NCBI GenBank assembly: GCA_000165345.1
Contig: CM000433.1
Location: 992,001-1,056,000 of the forward strand
Reading direction: 5' to 3'
Length of the DNA: 64,000 nucleotides
Below the pieces are notes generated by a model. It did no database searches. It was given only the letters and a program-made list of their open reading frames with translations, and was not told the DNA's origin. The translations under genes were made by a program, and so were the position numbers. Shown here in pieces: positions 1 through 10,541 of the stretch (its first letter is position 1; each line of letters opens with the position of its first letter).

Positions 1-64
1 AAAAAATATGAAAACTACCCGCCAAACCACCTCTTAAAAATTGTTATTTGAAAATAATTAATTA

Positions 65-586
65 ATGAATTCAATAAAATTATTAAACTTGAAGGTAGTT
101 CAAAATTTAAGTAAATTCAACACCCAATACAAAGTTTTTAATTTCAGAAAATCTATTAGCACATTAAAATTCTTATGTGATAGGAATTCTAAGTTTGTTC
201 CTCCATTAGCACATAATTTATTGAAATTAAAAAAGAATAGAATTTATACAAATTCCTCGGACATCTCTCAATTCAGCTCAAAAACTGAAGGGTTATTTTT
301 TGAAATTGAAAAAAAATTGAGCGATCTTCTTGATAATGGTTTGCTTTCCGATATTGACCTTCATGATGAATTTATGAATATTTCTTTCAATCTTAATGGA
401 GAAAAAAACACCATTGTCATTTCAAAACAGCCTGCAACTAATCAAATTTGGTACTCATCTCCTTTGAGAAAGCCAGATTACTTTGAATTCAACTCTGATT
501 GGAGGTCAAATCGAACAAATAAAACTCTTTTTGAAGTTTTAAATGATGACTTATATAAGGCTACTGGAATACATGTCAATTTATAA
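65..586 (+). CDS. Frataxin-like (CyaY family) protein with a basic N-terminal presequence
   Basis: The C-terminal half (NTIVISKQPATNQIWYSSPLRKPDYFEFNSDW...LFEVLNDDLYKATG) matches the conserved frataxin core (..VINKQTPNKQIWLSSP..YDW). The N-terminal ~65 aa are K/R/S/L-rich with no acidic residues, like a mitochondrial or mitosomal targeting peptide. Confidence 0.6.
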   Translation: MNSIKLLNLKVVQNLSKFNTQYKVFNFRKSISTLKFLCDRNSKFVPPLAHNLLKLKKNRIYTNSSDISQFSSKTEGLFFEIEKKLSDLLDNGLLSDIDLHDEFMNISFNLNGEKNTIVISKQPATNQIWYSSPLRKPDYFEFNSDWRSNRTNKTLFEVLNDDLYKATGIHVNL

Positions 587-587
587 A

Positions 588-652
588 ATTTGGCGCCAAG
601 CCCTATTTCTTTTTTGTTTAAATGGCCATGCTATTAAACTCATTGGCGCCAC
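588..652. promoter_or_regulatory. Two TGGCGCCA E2F-like motifs (591-598, 644-651) upstream of the methyltransferase gene
   Basis: The motifs are seen directly. Confidence 0.4.
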
Positions 653-758
653 GTTAATTTTGGACAGGTTTAATTATATTATAATGTAAATTTAAAAGTA
701 TATATAAATTAAATTGTAATATTATAGGCAAACAAGTCATAAGGAAAGGTGTGATTAA

Positions 759-1442
759 ATGGAATCAGATAGTACTTACAAGTCTAAATTGATAAATAAG
801 AACTATTGGGAGGAGTTCTATGAAAATGAACTTGACTCTTATAATGATGTTGGCTATAGGGGTGAGGAGTGGTTTGAAGACTATATTGATGCAATAGTAG
901 ATTGGGTTATGGAAACAGGATGTGAGGTACAATCTGGGCGAGTTTTAGATATTGGATGCGGAAATGGACTATTTTTGATTGATTTAATACGTAATATTAA
1001 TTTTAGCAGTGCTGTTGGAATAGATTATATACCATCAGCTATAGAACTTGCAAAAAAAATTGTTCAAGAAGAAGAACTTTCCGACAAGATCTCATTATAT
1101 CCTGTAGATTTGGTATCAGGAAAGGATGTTTCAAAAAATAATGATAACGAACAGATTTTAGAATTGGGGAAATTTGAAGTTGTTGTTGATAAAGGTACTT
1201 ATGATATTTTTGTAATGAAGGATGAAAAACATATCTACAAAGACAGCGTCTCAAGATATCTAAAGAATGGAAGTATCTTATTCATTTCATCATGTAATTC
1301 AACTCCTGAAGAATTATGCAGTGTATTTGATGATCAAACAAATTTTGAAAAACTTTCTGAATTGCCACACAAATCTTATAGTTATAATGGAATTGAAGGA
1401 CAAGTTCTAGCTTCTGTAGCATTCAAATATATTAAGAATTAG
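759..1442 (+). CDS. SAM-dependent methyltransferase, METTL10/Efm4 (EEF1A-lysine methyltransferase)-like
   Basis: N-terminal YWEEFYENEL...GEEWFED motif is typical of the METTL10/Efm4 family. SAM-binding motif I is VLDIGCGNG. The ORF is complete at 227 aa. Confidence 0.6.
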   Translation: MESDSTYKSKLINKNYWEEFYENELDSYNDVGYRGEEWFEDYIDAIVDWVMETGCEVQSGRVLDIGCGNGLFLIDLIRNINFSSAVGIDYIPSAIELAKKIVQEEELSDKISLYPVDLVSGKDVSKNNDNEQILELGKFEVVVDKGTYDIFVMKDEKHIYKDSVSRYLKNGSILFISSCNSTPEELCSVFDDQTNFEKLSELPHKSYSYNGIEGQVLASVAFKYIKN

Positions 1443-1553
1443 GTAGCATTTATTAAAGGTTCTAGGCCAGAAAGTACTTTATCTACTTGATCAAAAAAAA
1501 ACAAAGTATCTATTTTCAAAGTTTTATACTGAGTTTGTATCAGCTATTATTAA

Positions 1554-1916
1554 TTAAAAGTTAAATTTATATATGCATTTTAATAAAATCTTTATATTAT
1601 TATTATAACTCACCTTAATCTCGCCCTTAATATCTATTATACTCTTTATTTGTCTTAATTTCTCATTGTTTAATTCCTTCCTCTCACTATTCTCATCCAA
1701 AAAAATACTATTATATTTTGATACATTATTTAAAAGTAATAAGGTTTCAGTCATACTATCAAACTCAAATGAATTTATTATTGATTCCTCATCTTCCAAA
1801 TGAGAAGTTATTTCTCTTTTATACTCTATATTGTTCTCACGACATAACCTTCTGAGATACTTAATTTCATCACACAACTCCCTAACCAATTCAATCTTCC
1901 TTGACATCCTCAACAA
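1554..1916 (-). CDS. Hypothetical small protein (120 aa)
   Basis: ORF only. No recognisable motif. It lies in the 710-bp spacer between two + strand genes. Confidence 0.25.
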   Translation of the reverse strand: MLRMSRKIELVRELCDEIKYLRRLCRENNIEYKREITSHLEDEESIINSFEFDSMTETLLLLNNVSKYNSIFLDENSERKELNNEKLRQIKSIIDIKGEIKVSYNNNIKILLKCIYKFNF

Positions 1917-2017
1917 AAACTAATTATCCACAACTTCTCAGCATAAGCTCAATCACAAATCATTATTTCCTATTATTATTTCATTTCCAATTTATCTCAA
2001 ATTAAATAACTCACATA

Positions 2018-2045
2018 CCGCGCCAAAAATATGGCGCCTACCGGC
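2018..2045. promoter_or_regulatory. CCGCGCCAAAAATATGGCGCCTACCGGC paired GC-box/E2F-like motifs upstream of the 2155 gene
   Basis: Seen about 110-140 bp upstream of the ATG. Confidence 0.4.
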
Positions 2046-2154
2046 ATTAACTTTTTCAATATAGTCAAAATTTACATTTGGTTGAAAAAATATTCATAAG
2101 AACGGCATAAGAAAGAGTAGTTTTCGTCAAGAAAAGCTTTCAAACTTTGGGGAA

Positions 2155-5100
2155 ATGCATACGAAAAGGAAAAGGAAGTCTGATACCGACCAGCCATCTG
2201 AACCTAATAAGTTCATGGCAGTTGATGGGCAAATTACTTCTAATGTCTTTAATGATTGGAATACTGAAATTTCTGTTATTACAGAAAGGTACCAGGATGA
2301 ACTCGCAACTAAAGTTAGTCGTTTGTATGAAGGAATAGGGAAAGATTTAGAGGCTACCATATTTGATTATTCTCAAAACGAGGATGAATATATATTAGGT
2401 TTATTGAAGAATACTGATATAGAAAATAACATTCAGAGTATAATAGACTGCCTTGAAAATTACAAAGAGTCCTTGAATTCAAAAAAGCGAAATCATGAAG
2501 GTGGCTCTATATTGGAGGATCTTAGAAAAAATCTTTTAAAGAGTTATTCCAGAATTGCATCTCACAAATTTGTTAAAGATGGTGAATTTGTTATTAAAGA
2601 TTGGACTTACTTCTTACCAATCTTACTTTCAAGCTCTGTTTCTGATATTGAGATCTCCATTATTCTAGACAAGCTTCCAAAAGTAATTAGGTTTCTTATT
2701 AAAACTATTAGAAAGTTTCAGTTTATAACTGGTAAATGCGTTTCTGTTGAAGCTATTGATACTATTAATATGTATAGGAACATTCTGAATGAGTTTACCA
2801 AGGCTAATAAAATGTATCATAATATTCAAAATATCTCAATTGAAAGATCAATCATAGAAATTCATGATCCACTTACCTTATATATTAAGAACATCATTAA
2901 TTACTCTGATAAAACTAAGTTATCTTCAAGCTTTATTCCATTAAGATTTGGTAAAGATCATACTGAAGGAGCAGGATCTTCTAAAACTAGTTTTAAATTA
3001 GATCTATTATCCAATTCTGGTGATATATTGTATATGATCTATGGAAATAACATCTCTTCTCTTGGTGTTTTTGGAACTAACTATTTAAGTAGAAAAATGA
3101 ATTTGGATAATTTATGGCAATTATCTATCTTCAAAAACCAATCTATTGGTCTTATACTTAGTAATCACAAAGAAAGGGATGATAAATCTCAAGACTTTGA
3201 AATTGAAAATCTTGATAGCTTTATAGGGAGTTTGGGATATGGTTATTCATCACTTGATTCTCTTAAGCCTATGAACCCAAGGCCAGAGCTAAACAAAAGA
3301 ATATCAAATAATATGCTAAGACTACAAATTAGCAAGAAGGTATATAAGAGATATAACAAAGAAGTGAACCCTAATACAAAAGCAATATCTCCTCTATCTC
3401 TTAATCCACTTATTCAGAAGTTTACTGGTTTCAATTCAGTAATTGAAGATGAACAAAAGTTTGGATTTAGAGATTATTCTAAATTTCCTTCGATTCCTAA
3501 CAAAGAACCAGAGAGAGCTGAGCTTATCTTTTCTAATGGAGCAAAATTACAAGAAGAAAAGGTTCCTCTTGGGTTCATATCTACAATAAGACAGCAGAAA
3601 TATGGTAAAAGAGAACTGGAGTTAGTTATTTTAGATACAAAAGAGTGTAGTAATTATATAGCAAATCAACATAAAGCTTCAAAAGCTAGAAATCTAAGAT
3701 TTGAAGAGTATGGATTGTTTTGGAAAACTATTCCAGAAAAGAATGGTAATTACAACTTTAAAATGATTCCATTACGTACTTGTAGTGCCTCAATTCATCA
3801 TTCAACCAAGTTTAAATCTCATCTATATTATTCCAGATTTCTATTGGAACAGCTTGTAAACTCAAATTGGAAGAAGAGGATTATTACAAAGAACAAGAAA
3901 TACTACAAGCTTTCTTCTTTAGTTAATGGAGGTTTTTTAAGTAAATCACAAAAGGAAACTGTTAATAAGATCACAAAAATTATATTAAATAATGGCTTAT
4001 GGGAGAATTATAGTGACATTGTACCAAAATTATTAACAGGTACCGATAAAAGAATTAGTGGCCACGAAATTGAGGAATGGGAGGATTTTGATGAAAATAA
4101 TGAATTTGATCAAGAAATGTATAGATTATCATCTGAATGTAGGAATAGTTCAAGTTCGAAATCATCAGAGTTTTATGGAAAGTATTTAAAATTAAGTTCA
4201 AAGAATTATAAGCTAGTTTCAAAAAGATGTCAAAAAATGTTGGCTAAATATATATTCAAAGAGTATCCAAGATTTTTGACCCAATATTTTAAGATTAGAA
4301 AGGAATGGAAGGAATATAATAGAAGCGAGACTCAAAAGAGAAATAAACAAAATGTTAATAATTCGTCTAGACTACAGTTGGATATTATTGGATATTCTGG
4401 AGAAAAGAACTTAAAAGCACAGTTCTCTAACTTTGAGAATCTAAAAATTAAGCATGAACCAAATGAATTAAAGACAGAAAATTCGAAAGATCCGCAAGTT
4501 CTTCATTTGATTAAACTAGAAAAGAAGCAAGAACAGAATACATTAACAGTTTTACCAAAGTTTGATTCCAAGTTACCATTGAATCAGATATATAAACTAG
4601 AGAATTTCATATCTATAGAGTTATTCAATAAAATTAAGATGGAATGGACAAAAAGTACAGTTAGCATATATAGTGGTCAATTAAGTCACTTTTCAAGGAT
4701 ATTATTAAATAATTTGAATAATTCTTCAATTTTGAACATAAAAGTTAAATCATTCTTTTTAAAGCTTATAATTTACATTGATTGGCTTATATATCTGATT
4801 AATCATTCAAATAAATCATTTGGTGGAGCTAGAGCAATTCAGAAATGTTTACAAGCATCTTTAGATTCTCAAACAAACAATCAGAATTCAAAATATCAGA
4901 GTAATTTAAGAATTCCAATAGAATTTTGCAATTGGATTATTGATTCATTTTTATCAAAATACCAGACAGAGAATCTTCAGACAAGATTCAGCTTTTCTAC
5001 AGCTGGAGAAAGTAAACTTTTTGCAACTATTCTATGGCTATCTAACTTTGTCAATGCTCATTCACACAATATTAATTACACAGATTACAACGGTGATAAC

Positions 5101-5325
5101 TTTGATATTCCTGTATTTCTTCCTTCTTCAGAGCCTTCTCCAATAGAATTTTCAGATCTTTTACTTCAAGATTTGAAGGATAAATTTACCAAAAAGTTTA
5201 GAAGTATTGCTCATGCAATGGGCTTCAGATCAACAGTTCCTCCCCCAAGAAGATTTAAATCAAAGAATTATATGATACCTCCAAACATTACCAGCGTAAT
5301 TTTGAACGAGTTCCCTAGACTATAA
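2155..5325 (+). CDS. Hypothetical protein (1056 aa) with a basic N-terminus (KRKRK)
   Basis: Long uninterrupted ORF. Codon composition is consistent with neighbouring genes. No domain is recognisable by eye. Confidence 0.7.
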   Translation: MHTKRKRKSDTDQPSEPNKFMAVDGQITSNVFNDWNTEISVITERYQDELATKVSRLYEGIGKDLEATIFDYSQNEDEYILGLLKNTDIENNIQSIIDCLENYKESLNSKKRNHEGGSILEDLRKNLLKSYSRIASHKFVKDGEFVIKDWTYFLPILLSSSVSDIEISIILDKLPKVIRFLIKTIRKFQFITGKCVSVEAIDTINMYRNILNEFTKANKMYHNIQNISIERSIIEIHDPLTLYIKNIINYSDKTKLSSSFIPLRFGKDHTEGAGSSKTSFKLDLLSNSGDILYMIYGNNISSLGVFGTNYLSRKMNLDNLWQLSIFKNQSIGLILSNHKERDDKSQDFEIENLDSFIGSLGYGYSSLDSLKPMNPRPELNKRISNNMLRLQISKKVYKRYNKEVNPNTKAISPLSLNPLIQKFTGFNSVIEDEQKFGFRDYSKFPSIPNKEPERAELIFSNGAKLQEEKVPLGFISTIRQQKYGKRELELVILDTKECSNYIANQHKASKARNLRFEEYGLFWKTIPEKNGNYNFKMIPLRTCSASIHHSTKFKSHLYYSRFLLEQLVNSNWKKRIITKNKKYYKLSSLVNGGFLSKSQKETVNKITKIILNNGLWENYSDIVPKLLTGTDKRISGHEIEEWEDFDENNEFDQEMYRLSSECRNSSSSKSSEFYGKYLKLSSKNYKLVSKRCQKMLAKYIFKEYPRFLTQYFKIRKEWKEYNRSETQKRNKQNVNNSSRLQLDIIGYSGEKNLKAQFSNFENLKIKHEPNELKTENSKDPQVLHLIKLEKKQEQNTLTVLPKFDSKLPLNQIYKLENFISIELFNKIKMEWTKSTVSIYSGQLSHFSRILLNNLNNSSILNIKVKSFFLKLIIYIDWLIYLINHSNKSFGGARAIQKCLQASLDSQTNNQNSKYQSNLRIPIEFCNWIIDSFLSKYQTENLQTRFSFSTAGESKLFATILWLSNFVNAHSHNINYTDYNGDNFDIPVFLPSSEPSPIEFSDLLLQDLKDKFTKKFRSIAHAMGFRSTVPPPRRFKSKNYMIPPNITSVILNEFPRL

Positions 5326-5866
5326 GGTATTTAATAGAAAATGTACTGTTTCTTAAGAAAGAAAAACATCAAATACACTAAAATTTTCTCTAGTAACTTG
5401 ATATATTCAATCAAGTTAGTTATATCTATATTAAGGACTATGACCTCTAATTTATAGCATTTTTAAAAGTGATGTGATTTGAATAATAGAATAAATAATT
5501 TGAGAACTGAGTTATAAAATAATTATGATTAAGATTAGAAATAGAATAAAAATGCAATTGAATATTAGAAATATACAACATTTATAATAAATTTTATACA
5601 AGGCTTTTACTAGTTAATAAAATTTAAATAAAATGAATATTCAAATTTTTATACCGTTTTTACCATTTTAAGAACCACTATACATTTTCAAATCATGTCG
5701 AATTTCCACAGTTTATTGAAATAATCTGATTTTTTTTGTCATGACTTTTATGTCTTGTTGCTTTATACACAAAAATGTATCCATATTTACAATTTATACT
5801 TAATACTTTTCTTCTTTTTATTAATCTAATTAATTAGTGGCCGATACCTTTTAAAATGAACAGAAA

Positions 5867-5890
5867 GTTCCCGCCCAAAGTTCCCGCTCG
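5867..5890. promoter_or_regulatory. Tandem E2F-like sites TTCCCGCCCAAAGTTCCCGCTCG upstream of the 5988 gene
   Basis: Two TTCCCGC cores about 100 bp upstream of the ATG. Confidence 0.4.
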
Positions 5891-5987
5891 AAATAATAAT
5901 AAATTAATTAAGAGTAAAAATGTAAAATTCACATAGTATTAAAAAAAGGCAAAAAGGGATACGAGATGAACTAAGAAGAGCTTTGAA

Positions 5988-8900
5988 ATGAATGTGACTT
6001 TAGGGTCCATACTGTTCCCTGAACGTCGAAAGGTAGTGGTAGATACTAGAAAGGGGCTTCATAACAAGAGAAAGAAGCAGGTAAATGCTCAGAAAAACCA
6101 GGAACAAACTTCCAAGCAATTTACTACGCGGCTTCTTTTGGATGACGAAACAATTGCTCCAAATGATTTTTTGACCCCATTTCCAAGTGATGATGTAAGA
6201 AACACAGAGCAATTTTGGGAATACTTAGAGCGTGTGTTTTATCCTGTAGATGAGAGATGGATTAGTATATTGGATCTTTCAGCAAGGCCACGGAATTTGG
6301 AGCCAAGTGAAACATGTATAGGGTTACATTTTGCTTATAGGTGGGCATTGGTAGATTTATTTGATACTAGCGAACTTTTTAAATTGGTTGGGAATAGAAA
6401 TAAGATTTTTAAGAATACCTTAGAGAAATGTAAGAATTTATCATCTGATACTAAAGCAAATAGTAATAGCGGTAGTAATAGATCAGGCGGAAAAGACCAA
6501 GTTTTGGATAAATCAGAGGATTGCCAACCAGATAATTTGGAAAGTTCAGATTTAGTAGAAGAACAGAAGGTTTTAAGTTATTTGGAGTTTCTTGATCTTC
6601 CAACACTTGAGCTTATAGGAATAGACCCAGCGGTATTGGGAGGAGTGAATACAAATGGGGACAATTTGGTAAAACAATCAGATAGTACAAATCAGAAAAA
6701 GGGGGCTTTAAATAATCCATATTTTGAGGAATGGAAATTTCTCTACAAAAGATTATGTTTTATTGAGAAGGAGGTTGACTCTATGCTTTTAAAGCTAACA
6801 GATAGTGTTAGTGAGAACATCCATAAGGACAACTCCAGAAAGTTACTTCAAAGACATCAAAAAAAGAAATGTAGACAATTCCTATTAAAAGTGATGCATT
6901 ATCATAGTATGAGACAATTTGTGGATTCTCTGGAGGAGGTTTTATACTTTGATGAGAATACTGGACAGTATTTGACAACTTGGGATGATGGTGAGGCTGT
7001 TAGAGCCGCATGGATGAGTCAGGATCAGCTTTTACAGCTTCTTTTATTTAGGCCAAACTCTACAGAAAGTAAATATTCTGTTTCAATCCCAAGTGAGTAC
7101 ATTCCTTATGCAAGATCTTTAGACACTCATTGGCTTAAATACTTATTAGACTCTGGTTTAACAATGATTAGCGATGATTCAAATAATCCTCAAGATGACG
7201 ATAGGCTTGGGGATACTTTGAATCTAGATACACCTTCTAAGCCTAAAGATGGTTGTATTGAACTTTCAAGGCATCCTCTTTGTCATTATTGTAGAAGAAG
7301 TTGCAAGAGGCTTAACTATTCTAGGTGCCCATCAAAACTTAAACCTTTAAATCTTGGAATTAATCCTTCAGGTCTTAACCAAACTACACAAGCTCAAAAT
7401 CCAAACTCTAATTCTATTTTAAATAATAATAACTCTTTAAAGCTACCAGGAACTTCAACATCTACTAGCGCATCCAATATTTACTATTCAAGATCTCTTA
7501 TTCCATGGAGAGTCCCAAAGTCTCAAAGTAATATAGAAAATAGTGACCATTCTGAGCCAATTCATATAAATAGCAATAATTATAACCAAAATCAATTCCA
7601 ATTTGGAAGTAAATCAGGAAAATCTGTTAAGCCCAACAATAGATCGTCAATTGGAGGGAATTCTTGTGGTTCTGGAGCATCTTACTTACTTAATGTGAAT
7701 AAATCTCATGTATGTAATATATGCACTGATTTTGAATCAAGTCTGAATGAATCTGTTTCTGCTCCTCAGGAAGAAATCTTAGTTAGTAGAGCCTACTCTC
7801 CCAATAATTGTTGGAGAATGTACTGTTCAGAATGCATTATGCATAATTTTTCCTCAATAATTAAGCAAAAGTATTCAAATGGAGTGGTTTTGAGGTATTA
7901 TTGCCCTTTTTGTAATGGTGCTTGTAATTGTGAGAGGTGCCTCAGAAATCAACAAATTCGAAAAATTAAAAACTACTTGAAGTCACGTTTCTGTGGATAT
8001 ACATTTCAATGTTCGATATCCAGCTGTGTAATTCAAAACGAACTCAGCTGGTATGACTTTCTCAAAGATTTTGGCGGAGACTCATTATTTCCGAATATTA
8101 ATGATAATAGCACTTATAAGGAAAACAATAATTTATTAGGAAATAATGAAACGGCATTAGTGAACGATTTAGGTGAAATTGATGAATCTATGGTTAATCC
8201 CAGCAACTTAGCAGTGGTTTCTTATATTAACAATGCAAACAGGAGGCTTTCCGTCGCAGAAAACACACACCTAGGCTTTATTTGGCTTCAAGCTAATAAT
8301 ATTCCATTCCAAAAGCCTACTCCTTCCTCATCAGGAGTGAATGCAAATATCAATGACTCAAACTCCAAAAAAACAACCACACTATCCAGTGCTCTATCAG
8401 GAAGCTGTGCATCCGACCCCACTAAACTAGTATCTAAGAATAAGTCGAGAAGTAATAGGTCCTCAATTAACGGAACTCAAAAGAACAGAAGAAATTCAAA
8501 TGTCCAAAGCAACTTTGAAGATGGTGATTCTGGTCATTCAAATAATAATAAATCTCAACAACCTACACAATCTGCTCCATCTAATTCCTCCATGTTTTCA
8601 AGTATGGGCAGGCCCGCCTTTAACATTAAAGTAGGAGGCGCCCAAAATATACCGCCCTCAATTCATATACCTCGCGAAGTATTAAATGAGCCAACGCATG
8701 CATCAGGAGCTTCGGTACTTTGGAGTTTAAGGTCGATTTTAATCAATAATGTGAATAAGTACCATAAGGAATGCTTGAATAATTTAGAGCGTTGGGAGAG
8801 TATCCAGGAATTATATAATAGGAAGAGGGTAGAACTGGAGAGTTACTTTGAGGAGCAGCTTTCGAAGCTAAACTTAATGGACGACTGGATTCGTTCAATA

Positions 8901-10082
8901 TCATTCACAGAAACTAATAAGAGGTTTATAATGAGGAAGATGCCATTATTGTGTTGGGCTGCAGACATCCCATCCGCAAAAGCTTTTAATTTTGACGACT
9001 ACCCTCAGTTGTTGCCAAACAATAACGTTGTGGAGATGATTGAACATATTCAGAATTTTGTAAACAATGGTATCATTTCGGAAGATCTACCAACTCATCA
9101 AATTTTGGGTCTTAGTGAGATTAGTGAAGGTGATGGGATTATTGGAGTATCACAAAAAACTACTCCAAGTCTTAAACTAATTGACAAGTTACCAGGAATG
9201 GTTACTAAAAACTCTCCTAGTTCAGTTATGGAGTTTCTAATGAATTCAATCTCTGAAATACAAAATATTGTAGTAAAGACAAATCATAACACTTCCAAAG
9301 ATGAGTCATCAAAGGCAAATAAGATCCAAAGAAGCTCAAAAAAAGACAAATCTAACTCTAAAAATTCTGTTCAAAATAAGCTTCCGAACTGTGATGTTGT
9401 AAACCCAGATGAAGTAAAGATTTCAAATTGTAATAATGATTTGATTTCCTCCTCCTCTTCTATTGCTGAGGCTGATGGAAATCATTTTTACAGTAACTCA
9501 CCTATTAATGCTGAATTTTTATCTAAAAACCACGGTATGCTTGAAACAGCCACTTCCACTGGTCAAAACGATCCTTCTTTAATTACCAGGTCATCAGTTG
9601 GAGATGGGATCCAAAACCCTGATAGTAGTCACTTGCCTAACTTCAGCCTTGTTGAATGTCAAAAATCCTCTAATAATAATCCCTTTTTCCATGGGGGTAG
9701 CAACTCATATATGTTAAATGAAGGCTCTATCGATCCATTCCAGTCTTATTCTAGTAAGACTATCCCAAGCCAGGATCCTGGAGCTGTTGATGGTGCCCAA
9801 AATAAATCTAGGAAAAGAAAGTCCTCTTTGGAACTAAATTCTGTAGAAATATTAACTCCTGAACGCAAAAGGGAGCTTGCCTTGAAAAGAAAACGCGACA
9901 GGGAAACTATCCGAAGAGCAATGAAAAAAAACAGTCATCTTTCCTCATCAAGTCCCACTTCTCCTAATGCTATTGGAGCAATGGGTTTCAATGGCATGGA
10001 GGAAATTAATAGTTTGAATGGTGACGGAACAACTTTTAGTATTAGCAGCAATGGCAGCAGTTATGGCTCTCCCCAACTGTAA
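5988..10082 (+). CDS. Hypothetical S/N-rich probable nuclear protein (1364 aa) with a Cys-rich zinc-finger-like module
   Basis: Long ORF. A Cys cluster at about aa 420-660 (HPLCHYCRRSCKRL...CNICTD...CSECIMHNF...YYCPFCNGACNCERCLRNQ) has a CPxCxxxCNCxxC ending. That ending is reminiscent of the CDCA7-type 4CXXC_R1 zinc finger. There is a basic KRK-rich C-terminal region. Confidence 0.65.
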   Translation: MNVTLGSILFPERRKVVVDTRKGLHNKRKKQVNAQKNQEQTSKQFTTRLLLDDETIAPNDFLTPFPSDDVRNTEQFWEYLERVFYPVDERWISILDLSARPRNLEPSETCIGLHFAYRWALVDLFDTSELFKLVGNRNKIFKNTLEKCKNLSSDTKANSNSGSNRSGGKDQVLDKSEDCQPDNLESSDLVEEQKVLSYLEFLDLPTLELIGIDPAVLGGVNTNGDNLVKQSDSTNQKKGALNNPYFEEWKFLYKRLCFIEKEVDSMLLKLTDSVSENIHKDNSRKLLQRHQKKKCRQFLLKVMHYHSMRQFVDSLEEVLYFDENTGQYLTTWDDGEAVRAAWMSQDQLLQLLLFRPNSTESKYSVSIPSEYIPYARSLDTHWLKYLLDSGLTMISDDSNNPQDDDRLGDTLNLDTPSKPKDGCIELSRHPLCHYCRRSCKRLNYSRCPSKLKPLNLGINPSGLNQTTQAQNPNSNSILNNNNSLKLPGTSTSTSASNIYYSRSLIPWRVPKSQSNIENSDHSEPIHINSNNYNQNQFQFGSKSGKSVKPNNRSSIGGNSCGSGASYLLNVNKSHVCNICTDFESSLNESVSAPQEEILVSRAYSPNNCWRMYCSECIMHNFSSIIKQKYSNGVVLRYYCPFCNGACNCERCLRNQQIRKIKNYLKSRFCGYTFQCSISSCVIQNELSWYDFLKDFGGDSLFPNINDNSTYKENNNLLGNNETALVNDLGEIDESMVNPSNLAVVSYINNANRRLSVAENTHLGFIWLQANNIPFQKPTPSSSGVNANINDSNSKKTTTLSSALSGSCASDPTKLVSKNKSRSNRSSINGTQKNRRNSNVQSNFEDGDSGHSNNNKSQQPTQSAPSNSSMFSSMGRPAFNIKVGGAQNIPPSIHIPREVLNEPTHASGASVLWSLRSILINNVNKYHKECLNNLERWESIQELYNRKRVELESYFEEQLSKLNLMDDWIRSISFTETNKRFIMRKMPLLCWAADIPSAKAFNFDDYPQLLPNNNVVEMIEHIQNFVNNGIISEDLPTHQILGLSEISEGDGIIGVSQKTTPSLKLIDKLPGMVTKNSPSSVMEFLMNSISEIQNIVVKTNHNTSKDESSKANKIQRSSKKDKSNSKNSVQNKLPNCDVVNPDEVKISNCNNDLISSSSSIAEADGNHFYSNSPINAEFLSKNHGMLETATSTGQNDPSLITRSSVGDGIQNPDSSHLPNFSLVECQKSSNNNPFFHGGSNSYMLNEGSIDPFQSYSSKTIPSQDPGAVDGAQNKSRKRKSSLELNSVEILTPERKRELALKRKRDRETIRRAMKKNSHLSSSSPTSPNAIGAMGFNGMEEINSLNGDGTTFSISSNGSSYGSPQL

Positions 10083-10405
10083 AAAAAAAGTCAATCATTT
10101 AACTTTTCTCAATAAACTTCATCATTTCCATGATTATTGCCTTAAATTAGCTATTTAAGTAATTAACTTCTTTTTTAATTTCTAAATCCATGGTTTTTTC
10201 ACCTTTCTTTCTCCCTATCCCCTACTTCCCCTCTCACTGATTCCTCACTTTACTGATATCTACGAGTTTCTCACATAAGAATTCAATTAAACTGCACAAA
10301 TCATGTGGGATCTGGGTATGGAAGATAAAAAAATCTTTAATTCTTTCTCAACCATAATTCTCCCAATACTTTAATTTCCCCATATTGAAATTCATAATAT
10401 TAATG

Positions 10406-10416
10406 TTTTGGCGCCT
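10406..10416. promoter_or_regulatory. TTTTGGCGCC motif upstream of the S9 peptidase gene
   Basis: About 130 bp upstream of the ATG. Confidence 0.35.
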
Positions 10417-10541
10417 ACACACAACTTTTTTTTTTCTTTTCAAAAGATTTTTTAAATAAAAGAATACAACTTATAAAATAGTTGCTTAAAATATATCTAC
10501 TTTAAAAATATTTGTAGAACTAGTAGCAAATAGTTCTGAAT

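Noticed and set aside
1590-1625. Possible intron signal (gtaagt/ag-like strings) near small ORFs
   Set aside because: No ORF pair in the first contig is rescued by splicing. All recognisable genes are complete as single exons, consistent with an intron-poor genome.
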